In this document: positions 9,037-16,948 of the stretch, piece after piece | Numbering within the stretch: position 1 is the stretch's first letter | Layout: each line of letters starts with the position of its first letter | Source: a virus | Direction: 5' to 3' (one strand) | Length of the DNA stretch: 64,000 nt | IMG/VR virus record: IMGVR_UViG_3300043395_000996 | Location: 115,991-179,990 of that record | Notes under the pieces: generated by a model | The model's input: only the letters and a program-made list of their open reading frames with translations | The model's database searches: none | Told to the model about the DNA's origin: nothing | Program-made: the position numbers and the translations under genes

Positions 9037-9803
9037 TATTCTGAAATTTGTCTTATTTTTTGGTCCAATTTTAACAATCTCTCTTTTATTGTATAAATAT
9101 GGTTATTTGTTCTTTTCCAAAAACTTTTGTTGTTTATTCCACTTTCATTCTTAATTTTACCATACCAATTAAGAAATCTTTCCATTTCTGAAAGTTGTTT
9201 GCTGATATTAGAGATACCTTTTCCAATTTTTGAAACTGCCGATGAATCTTCTTTTTTTAATTCTAACCAACGATTTTCTTTCACAACACTATATCCCGTC
9301 AAATCGGCTTGTCTTTTACCTTTAGTTTTTTCATCTTCGGGCTTTCCAAACGCAAATGGAGTATTGTACTCACCTGCTGCTCCCGATGTATTCATTTCAT
9401 CTACTTTCAATTCAGCATCTTTATATAAGCCAGAAACCGAATCATCTAATTCTTTTTCCAATTGCTTTTTAGCAGTACCCAATTTTTTTAATTGTTCTAC
9501 ATACTTCTTTTCATTTGGAGTTCCTTTTGCTTTTTTATATAAATCTAAATATTGTTGAATTCCATCGATTACTTTTGCCAAATCTTTTGATATAGTACGA
9601 ACTGAACGAAGCTCTGCTAACACTTGCTCTTTAACATGGTCCGGTAATCCTTTATGAGAAGTCGATGCGAAATCTTTTGCATCTTTATCACTCATTGAAT
9701 CTGCTGCTTTTTCAACTTCTTTTGATGGGTTTTCTAAATCACCCTTTTGTGCAGCGTGAACCATACCCATAAATCTTTGTTGTGCTTTACTTTGTGCTGG
9801 CAT
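9036..9803 (-). CDS. Hypothetical protein with a DUF3008-like N-terminus
   Basis: N-terminal MPAQSKAQQRFMGMVHAAQKG motif; coiled-coil C-terminus. Confidence 0.55.
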   Translation of the reverse strand: MPAQSKAQQRFMGMVHAAQKGDLENPSKEVEKAADSMSDKDAKDFASTSHKGLPDHVKEQVLAELRSVRTISKDLAKVIDGIQQYLDLYKKAKGTPNEKKYVEQLKKLGTAKKQLEKELDDSVSGLYKDAELKVDEMNTSGAAGEYNTPFAFGKPEDEKTKGKRQADLTGYSVVKENRWLELKKEDSSAVSKIGKGISNISKQLSEMERFLNWYGKIKNESGINNKSFWKRTNNHIYTIKERLLKLDQKIRQISE

Positions 9804-10665
9804 TTTTCAATTCTTTTAAAAGTTCATAAGTCATCATCATTGCTGATAAATGCTCTTCTTTAATTTTTTTAGCCGTTTTGATTTTCTTAATATTAGAAAT
9901 GGTTTCTGCTAATTTAATTTTTGTAACTTTATCTGAAATTTTAGAGCCAACTTCTTTCAATGAATTAACTAATGTTGTTACTTCGTTTGAAACATATTCA
10001 CTCAATTTGCCAGTATTATTGATATTATTGATATATTCTTTTAATAAGTTTTTCTGATTTACTGATAAATTAGAATATTTTTTATTAAAATTTTCTACTA
10101 ATAATTTGTAAGATAACATTCTAACTTCATCATCTTGCTTTCTATATTCAACCAATACTCTATCGTTTATTTTCTTATCTTTATTTTCGATAGATGAATT
10201 AATCATATTTTCAACTATTGTAAATTTAGAATTAACAATATCTTTTGGTTCAAATGATTCGGTAGTAATTACTGCTTCAAATACTTTATATATTGATGCT
10301 AAATTTTTATAATTTGAAATAGGAGATTTTACAAATTCATCTATATTATAAGCCTCTTTGATTTGCTTAATAAGGTTATATTTCTCTTTTGTAAGTTTTG
10401 ATTCATCCAATCTCTTACGAGCTTCACAAACAGTATCTACGAATTTTTCAGCTTTTGCTTCTGAATTGTATGTTTCGTTAATAAGATATTGATATAACTT
10501 CAATTCTTTTGAAAGCTCTTTCTTCGAATTAAAAAATTCTTTTAAAATTTTCTCTGCTTTTGAAGATTGTTTGCCAGACAACATTTCTGATGTAATTTGT
10601 CTTACAAGCAATTCAAACAAAAATCCAGTGTTTTTAAATTTCGAGTGTTTAATATTTTTCATCAA
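9787..10665 (-). CDS. Conserved-looking helical head-assembly protein next to the portal
   Basis: 292-aa ORF (KHSKFKNTGFLFELLVRQIT) preceded by the late motif. Confidence 0.6.
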   Translation of the reverse strand: MMKNIKHSKFKNTGFLFELLVRQITSEMLSGKQSSKAEKILKEFFNSKKELSKELKLYQYLINETYNSEAKAEKFVDTVCEARKRLDESKLTKEKYNLIKQIKEAYNIDEFVKSPISNYKNLASIYKVFEAVITTESFEPKDIVNSKFTIVENMINSSIENKDKKINDRVLVEYRKQDDEVRMLSYKLLVENFNKKYSNLSVNQKNLLKEYINNINNTGKLSEYVSNEVTTLVNSLKEVGSKISDKVTKIKLAETISNIKKIKTAKKIKEEHLSAMMMTYELLKELKNASTK

Positions 10666-10685
10666 TTATATATATTTTTCTCTGA

Positions 10686-10694
10686 TATAAATAT
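10686..10694 (-). promoter_or_regulatory. Putative late promoter motif ATATTTATA
   Basis: Intergenic, 21 nt upstream of the start at 10665. Confidence 0.55.
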
Positions 10695-10711
10695 ACTTTT
10701 ATTATAGTTTA

Positions 10712-12439
10712 TTACTCTTTACCAAAATCTTCCATTAAAATAGTAGTTTTATTACCATTCATATCTTTGAAAATTTCTCTTGCTTCTCTTTGAGCTTTTT
10801 GTTTTAAAGTTTTAATTCCCAATGGGTCTCTTCCCAAAATGTGGTCATCTTTTTCATATCTAACCGGGTCTTTTGGTCTACCAACTTCTCCTTCTAATTC
10901 TAATTTCAATTTATTCAATTCTTCTTCAACATTTGTTGGTGCTTCAGTTCCCGTTTCTTTTGCCGGGTCAACACCTTGTGTTTCAATTGAAGTTAAACGG
11001 AATGCTTGTTTAGTATCTTCTATGATATCCAATGTTAATTCATCTTGCTCTTCAGGAGTCATATCCATAATTGCATCGTACATCCATTTTTTAGAGAACA
11101 TTTTTGTTTGTTGCATTTGCTGAATTAATGCTACTTTAGAAGTGTATAATTCAACTTTTTCTTGCTCATAAATTTTAGATGGAACAGTTAATTCTAATGA
11201 AAAATCTAAATCTTCTGCATTTTCTAAACCTTGTGAGTATAAGTGAACGATTGCAATCTTCGTTAATTCGGATACTAATACTTTTTGAATTCTTTCAATT
11301 GTTTTTGCAAAACGAACATCTTGTCCTGCCAAAGTGGCTTTACCACTTGTATCTTCCCCATATCCTAAAAATACTTTTGGAATTTTTAGAGCTGCCATCA
11401 TTTTATTTTTCAAATAATTGATGTCATTACTCATATCATATTCTAAACCTTTTAATGTATCGATATTAGTGCCATTATCGCTACCACGAACTGGCATATA
11501 ATAATCTTCGATTAAGTTTTGAATATTGTATTTTAAATTATATTCTCCCGTATTTGGGTCTATAAATGGAACTTTTTTAGAAGTATTGATAATCTTTTGC
11601 ATATAGTTATCAACTTCATTAGGTGGAATGTTACCAACATCCACTTTAAAAATTCTCTTTTCAGGAGCTCTCATAATACGATGGATTAACATCGCATCTT
11701 CCATTAAAGTTAATTGTTTCCAAACTCTTCTTGCGCCTTCTACCATAGATTTACCATATGGTAAGAAGTTTGAATCACCCATCAATCTAAAGTGAGCGAT
11801 TTCATAATTTTCATATTCTTGCTTTTGCCCCATCACATTACTTTGTGAGTATGCGCTGTTTGGATTTTGATATGGAGCATATACGAATTTAACTTTTTGT
11901 GGATTTAATGGGTCAAATCCTTCAACTCTCGATGTTTCATAAACTGAAAGTGGTTGGACATTTACAATACCCAATCCTTCTGCAATTTCTAAATGTAAAA
12001 AACAATCTCCGTATTTAACTAAATTTCTTGCCCAAGGCCAAAGTGTAAATTCAATGTTTAATACATCATAAAATAAATTCTTTAAAATTTCTTTAGTGTT
12101 TTCGTTTCCACAATTGATTTTAAGAATATCACCATACTCATTTTTAACAGTAGATTCATCAGCGTAAATATCCAAAGCAGATGTTATAATAGGGTCGTTA
12201 TCCATCCCATCATAATCTCTAAACAAATCAATACGAACTTGCTGATATGCCATCGTTGATTCAATCAAACCACCACTATATTGTGGGGTTCTCATACGTG
12301 TGAATCTATCAACCAAATTTGTTGTAATTTGTTGATATTCATCCGTATCTACTACTTTAATGCCTTTTGGTGTTTTACGAACAATAGTGTTCGTTGAAAA
12401 TAATTTTTGTAACCTACCAAAGAATGATTTATCTGCCAT
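10712..12439 (-). CDS. gp20: Portal protein, T4 gp20 family
   Basis: LMEDAMLIHRIMRAPEKRIFKVDVGNIP, EDYYMPVRG, IDTLKG and LKIPK are gp20 signatures. Confidence 0.95.
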   Translation of the reverse strand: MADKSFFGRLQKLFSTNTIVRKTPKGIKVVDTDEYQQITTNLVDRFTRMRTPQYSGGLIESTMAYQQVRIDLFRDYDGMDNDPIITSALDIYADESTVKNEYGDILKINCGNENTKEILKNLFYDVLNIEFTLWPWARNLVKYGDCFLHLEIAEGLGIVNVQPLSVYETSRVEGFDPLNPQKVKFVYAPYQNPNSAYSQSNVMGQKQEYENYEIAHFRLMGDSNFLPYGKSMVEGARRVWKQLTLMEDAMLIHRIMRAPEKRIFKVDVGNIPPNEVDNYMQKIINTSKKVPFIDPNTGEYNLKYNIQNLIEDYYMPVRGSDNGTNIDTLKGLEYDMSNDINYLKNKMMAALKIPKVFLGYGEDTSGKATLAGQDVRFAKTIERIQKVLVSELTKIAIVHLYSQGLENAEDLDFSLELTVPSKIYEQEKVELYTSKVALIQQMQQTKMFSKKWMYDAIMDMTPEEQDELTLDIIEDTKQAFRLTSIETQGVDPAKETGTEAPTNVEEELNKLKLELEGEVGRPKDPVRYEKDDHILGRDPLGIKTLKQKAQREAREIFKDMNGNKTTILMEDFGKE

Positions 12440-12459
12440 AATAATTTTTATATAATTTA

Positions 12460-12491
12460 CAAAGATAAGTAATTTATTCTAATTTTCCAAA
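12460..12491 (-). promoter_or_regulatory. Bacteroidota-type sigma-A promoter (TTTG-N20-TATCTTTG)
   Basis: -33 TTTG at 12488-12491 and -7 TATCTTTG at 12460-12467, upstream of the portal gene. Confidence 0.75.
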
Positions 12492-12495
12492 TAAA

Positions 12496-13263
12496 TTACC
12501 ACTTTCTACAACTCCAATATCTTGCTTTCCATCTTGGACCTGGAGTATCACAATTATGTCTTGCTCTGAATGATTTTCTTCTTTCTGGGTTAGATTTTTT
12601 AATTCTCATATTAGGGTCTCCAAAGTTTACCTTAACAACATTTCCTTTGTCATTCTTAACATATACTTTGAATTTTTTAACATCACCTTGCATTGGTTTT
12701 CCCAACTTAACACTTCTACCCTGATATTCAGCTTCGTACACACAATCGCAACTAGCTTCTGCTAAATATTGAGTGTATTCTCTCATAAACTGAATGAATT
12801 CTTTCATATCCTCTCCGTTCTCAACATCATATTCAATCGGTTCGTTTTCTTCAGCTTCTTTGATTGGAACACAATTGGGTACTTCTTTACCATCTTTCTT
12901 TTTTGTACCAACCATTTCGTATCCTTTCCAACAAGGATTATCCATTTCTTTTACAATATTTGATAATTTCATTTCTTTTTCATTTACATATGGAGAATTA
13001 ACTGGCTCATATCCTCTATTTACTTTGTCCTTTTTTGGATTGTATGGTTCTACTTTACCAGGATTTCTATCTTTTTCTTCATCATCAAAATCCGTTGTAT
13101 CCGTATCTGCAATATTTCCCATAAAATCGCCATACATTGAACCAGCATGGTGTGCATTAAAATCAGTTTCAGCTGGTGTATCATACTTACCTATCCCATC
13201 TAACGATTTTTGATTTGTTGTAGGAACTGCTTCCTTTAATGGTACTAAATCTACTAATTTCAT
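12496..13263 (-). CDS. Mosaic head-cluster protein with a C-terminal DUF6321-like domain
   Basis: CWKGYEMVGTKKKDGKEVPNCVP module plus a VNFGDP...SFRARHNC...ARYWSCRKW domain. Start moved to ATG 13263, 20 nt after the late motif. Confidence 0.65.
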   Translation of the reverse strand: MKLVDLVPLKEAVPTTNQKSLDGIGKYDTPAETDFNAHHAGSMYGDFMGNIADTDTTDFDDEEKDRNPGKVEPYNPKKDKVNRGYEPVNSPYVNEKEMKLSNIVKEMDNPCWKGYEMVGTKKKDGKEVPNCVPIKEAEENEPIEYDVENGEDMKEFIQFMREYTQYLAEASCDCVYEAEYQGRSVKLGKPMQGDVKKFKVYVKNDKGNVVKVNFGDPNMRIKKSNPERRKSFRARHNCDTPGPRWKARYWSCRKW

Positions 13264-13282
13264 AATTCTTATAGTTTCAACA

Positions 13283-13291
13283 TATAAATAT
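13283..13291 (-). promoter_or_regulatory. Putative late promoter motif ATATTTATA
   Basis: 20 nt upstream of ATG 13263. Confidence 0.55.
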
Positions 13292-13298
13292 ATAAAAA

Positions 13299-14906
13299 TT
13301 AACGAAGTAACCAAGTTAGGTTTTCTTTTTCACCTCTACCTATTTCCATTTCATATGGATTTTGTTGTTGCCAGTTAGAAGTATATACTCCTTCATTGTT
13401 TTGAATAGTTGTAGAATTTAACATACTTCTTGTCAAATCGATACCTTCTTGTCTTAATCTCAATGCGGTGTTTCTTACCCACAATCCAATACCCAATGCC
13501 ATTGTAAGGTCATCATTATATCCTTTCATAGCTTCTGCTCTACCACCATTCCAAATAAATGTAAATAATTCATCTATTAATCTATTAGAACGAATTAGAA
13601 TGTCTTTATCTCTAAAATATGTATCCAATGCTGATATAATAAGAGGACGAGTTTTGGTTGTAGTCGAAAATCCTGCAACCATGCTTTTTTCTTGTCTATA
13701 ATATTTGTTAGACATTTGTCTTTCAACATCCACATATTGTAAATCATTACTCATATAGAATAGATTAGGATATCCCCTATCAATTACTTGCTGAATACAT
13801 GCCCAACCTACGTTTGAGTTTTCAATTACCAATAATGCGTTATTATATTCGGTTGCCAATGATGTTAGAAAATTTCCAAAATCTTTTGTATCGATTTTAC
13901 CTCTATATTCTCCAACCTGCGATGAATCTTCAATATCAATAATTTGAGCAGTGGAATAATCACTTCCATCGCCCCTCGCCACGTCGGCGGATATCATATA
14001 TTGTCTATTGTAATTAGGATATTCCCATATCCATAAGTTATTATCAAATCCTCTCTTCTCTACCGGCTCCATAACGTATGTATCTTTATACCACGTTAAT
14101 AATGCCGGGTCGATTACAGTAGCACCAGAACCAACGAAGTCACAATCACATTCTTGTGCGGCTCCCTTAACTCCCAAAATACGAGTTTGTTCATCTCTCC
14201 ACGCTTGATTTCTTTCAGGGTGTACAGTCCAATGTAGATTGATACAATTGAATCCGTTTGTTCCACTTTCACCATCTACCCACATTTTATGAAACCAGTT
14301 ACCAATACCATTTGGTGTAGATAATACAATTGCCGAACCACCCGTTGATAAGGTAGATTGTGCTGATAACCAAATTTCATCGATATCTCTAATGAATGCC
14401 GCCTCATCCACAACCAATAGAGATAGGGCTTCAGAACGACCTGCATCAGGTGAACTTGCGATTGCTTTTACTTGCGAACCATTTTTTAATTTAAGTGATA
14501 GTTTGTTATCTTCAGCTGCTGCCGTTGAACCATCTCTTAACCAAACGGGAAGTAAATCGTGCATAACCCTTACTTTCTCTACAAGGTTTTTTGCAACAGT
14601 TACTTTAGTTGCAATAACCAAAGCATTGAAGTCTTGGTTAAATAACATCTTCCAAAGTATAAAGCCCGCCGATAGGGTTGATAAACCTAACTGACGGGAT
14701 TTAAGAATAATGTTAAATCTATTATCTTTAAAATCATCTAAACAATTCTCCTGAAATGGATATAAGTGAAAAGGTATTTTTCCTCTCGTTGGATGCTGAA
14801 TCACACAATACTTTTTCATAAAGTATATTGGGTCTAAAGCACACTTCTTATACTCATCAGCGATGATTTCTTTTAAATTCTTTTTTGGTTGCCCTTGTAT
14901 AGACAT
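13299..14906 (-). CDS. gp17: Terminase large subunit, T4 gp17 family
   Basis: Walker A-like LKSRQLGLST, Walker B LLVVDEAAF, STPNG, nuclease ADVARGDGSDYS and NDDLTMAL. Start moved to ATG 14906 (TAATG coupling). Confidence 0.95.
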   Translation of the reverse strand: MSIQGQPKKNLKEIIADEYKKCALDPIYFMKKYCVIQHPTRGKIPFHLYPFQENCLDDFKDNRFNIILKSRQLGLSTLSAGFILWKMLFNQDFNALVIATKVTVAKNLVEKVRVMHDLLPVWLRDGSTAAAEDNKLSLKLKNGSQVKAIASSPDAGRSEALSLLVVDEAAFIRDIDEIWLSAQSTLSTGGSAIVLSTPNGIGNWFHKMWVDGESGTNGFNCINLHWTVHPERNQAWRDEQTRILGVKGAAQECDCDFVGSGATVIDPALLTWYKDTYVMEPVEKRGFDNNLWIWEYPNYNRQYMISADVARGDGSDYSTAQIIDIEDSSQVGEYRGKIDTKDFGNFLTSLATEYNNALLVIENSNVGWACIQQVIDRGYPNLFYMSNDLQYVDVERQMSNKYYRQEKSMVAGFSTTTKTRPLIISALDTYFRDKDILIRSNRLIDELFTFIWNGGRAEAMKGYNDDLTMALGIGLWVRNTALRLRQEGIDLTRSMLNSTTIQNNEGVYTSNWQQQNPYEMEIGRGEKENLTWLLR

Positions 14907-15556
14907 TACTTTTTTAATTTGATTTTCCAATATACTCCACCTCTAATATATGGTGTTAGATACCCATTTGTACCATCGGTTGTTTTATTATTAACACCAA
15001 TACCCAAATTGTATATTTTATTAGAGTTAGAATTTACCATTACACCAATGCCAATAAAATTTACATAATCGGCTTGATTAAATCCACCTTCAAATCCAGC
15101 ATAAACTTTACGTTTAAATGGTTCTGGTATTATGAGTGTATCTATTTTAGGTGTAATTTTGGTTGTATATTTTCTACCTATTATTTTATTTTTACTTATT
15201 GTATCAATGATTGTAATTGAACCCTGTTGTTTATCAAATTTATAGGTGTTTGTAAATACATTCACATTATTCAAATATTGATTTATGATAGAATTTGTAT
15301 CTACTTTTATTTGAATCGTATCATGTACTGCGTATGGTATTGGTTTTTCGACTTCTACCGGTACTTCTACATCATAAGGCACTTCCACTTCAATTGTATC
15401 GTGAATTGGATGTAAAGATTGACCATCAACTTTAACTATTTTTTCAATAGTTTTGTTTCTATTAGGCATTACACCAAATGGGTCAAAAGATACCAATGAT
15501 AATATAATCACTAATACAACAATGATAATATGTCTTATGTCAAATAGTTTCTTCAT
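14906..15556 (-). CDS. Membrane-anchored envelope protein, spanin-like candidate
   Basis: N-terminal TM segment; C-terminal amphipathic beta-strands ending in GVYWKIKLKK. Confidence 0.5.
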   Translation of the reverse strand: MKKLFDIRHIIIVVLVIILSLVSFDPFGVMPNRNKTIEKIVKVDGQSLHPIHDTIEVEVPYDVEVPVEVEKPIPYAVHDTIQIKVDTNSIINQYLNNVNVFTNTYKFDKQQGSITIIDTISKNKIIGRKYTTKITPKIDTLIIPEPFKRKVYAGFEGGFNQADYVNFIGIGVMVNSNSNKIYNLGIGVNNKTTDGTNGYLTPYIRGGVYWKIKLKK

Positions 15557-15966
15557 TACTTAATCAAAAATAATACGGTCATTACTAAAGCAATACCAGA
15601 ACCAGCTTTATAAACAGCGGTTTTAAATTTCTGAACTTTTAATTCTTTCAATAAACTATTAGATTTTTCTCTCTCCAACGCAAATTGTTGGTCTTTCTTA
15701 TCTATAATAGTATTTAGGTTGTTGATTTTTTCATCTTTCAAAGTATCCTTTTGTTTATATAGGTTAATTTGTAGATTTTTTTCATCCAACGCTTTATACA
15801 CTTCCTTTAATTCAGCTTTTGCACCATCACCGCTAAGAATATCCTTAATGACTAACTTGGCCGTTGGTACTTTTAGAGGCACTATCGAGTCCGTTTTCGT
15901 AACGGTCTGCGAAAAACTTGATAAGGTCGTGAATAGTATAATCACTAACAGCATTAACTTTTTCAT
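15556..15966 (-). CDS. Secreted coiled-coil protein with a C-terminal TM (spanin-like candidate)
   Basis: Signal peptide (MKKLMLLVIILFTTLSSFSQ), coiled coil and hydrophobic C-terminus; overlaps the upstream gene by 122 nt. Confidence 0.5.
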   Translation of the reverse strand: MKKLMLLVIILFTTLSSFSQTVTKTDSIVPLKVPTAKLVIKDILSGDGAKAELKEVYKALDEKNLQINLYKQKDTLKDEKINNLNTIIDKKDQQFALEREKSNSLLKELKVQKFKTAVYKAGSGIALVMTVLFLIK

Positions 15967-16225
15967 TTGTATGTGTTTTTATTTCGGTTATATTTTTGTT
16001 GATTGTTGTAATTCTAGTTTCTACTACGTTTATTTCTTCATCTACTTTTGCAATATGTCCATCAATTACTTTGTTTGCAGTTTCAACCGAATCTATTTCA
16101 TGTTGTAAAGAATCAATTTTACGATTATATGCTTCAACATCAGTTTTGATGCCATTGTTGGTAAATAAATTATAACCAACTAAAACAATAAGAATTACTA
16201 ATATAATATTCTTTATATATTTCAT
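15845..16225 (-). CDS. Inner-membrane coiled-coil protein (Rz/i-spanin-like candidate)
   Basis: N-terminal TM (IILVILIVLVGY) followed by a long heptad coiled coil. Confidence 0.5.
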   Translation of the reverse strand: MKYIKNIILVILIVLVGYNLFTNNGIKTDVEAYNRKIDSLQHEIDSVETANKVIDGHIAKVDEEINVVETRITTINKNITEIKTHTNEKVNAVSDYTIHDLIKFFADRYENGLDSASKSTNGQVSH

Positions 16226-16231
16226 AATTTT

Positions 16232-16900
16232 TTAATTTTTTATAAGCTCTGGATGATTTAATTCTCGTAACTTATCTTCTAATGCTGCTTTCCTTTCCAA
16301 TAGAGCTTCAATTGCTTCGGTAGCACCATTTATATCTCTCTGAATATCTTCTCTTACTTTATCTATATCGATATCATGTGACCACGTTTCAGTTGAACCA
16401 TCTTCATTTATGATTTCAAATGTGGTCTTTACATTAACCAATGCTTCTTCAAATTTCATTTTCATATCCTTAACATAACTCAACTGATTACAACTTATTT
16501 TGTAATCTTCGTAGTAAGGAAATGTTCCATCATCTTTTAATGTAAATTCTAACTTTTGTAAACAACTTAAACACAATCCACTTTTTCTAATTGTTTTTTT
16601 ATCTAAATGGTCGTATTTTATTGTTTTACAATCATCCGATGAACACGTATTCAACTTATCTAAATAAGCTCTTACCTCATCGAATTTAGATACATTTATT
16701 TTATACCCTTCTTTTTGCTCCCATTCTACACCTTCGGCATCAGTCCATCGTTCACCTACTTCTCTTTTCTTTTCAGCCTCTCCTTCAAATCCAAATACTT
16801 TTTGATTATTATCTTCTCTGCCAAAAACAGTATCAATAATCAATTTACGGGATTTATGCATCCCTTTACTTTTCTCATCCCAACTTTTTCTCTTTGTCAT
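16232..16900 (-). CDS. Hypothetical protein with a putative Zn-binding Cys motif
   Basis: CSSDDC...CLSC motif; coiled-coil C-terminus. Confidence 0.55.
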   Translation of the reverse strand: MTKRKSWDEKSKGMHKSRKLIIDTVFGREDNNQKVFGFEGEAEKKREVGERWTDAEGVEWEQKEGYKINVSKFDEVRAYLDKLNTCSSDDCKTIKYDHLDKKTIRKSGLCLSCLQKLEFTLKDDGTFPYYEDYKISCNQLSYVKDMKMKFEEALVNVKTTFEIINEDGSTETWSHDIDIDKVREDIQRDINGATEAIEALLERKAALEDKLRELNHPELIKN

Positions 16901-16948
16901 ATCCGTTTATTATAACTATTTGTTTATATATACATATATATATAAAAT

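Noticed and set aside
13299-14930. Intein or intron in the terminase, capsid, portal or primase
   Set aside because: Lengths are typical, and no intein (C...HN/C) or homing endonuclease motifs are visible.
16921-16946. (TA)n-rich stretch upstream of ORF 16232-16900
   Set aside because: Low-complexity AT sequence with no exact match to either promoter class; too short to support a call.
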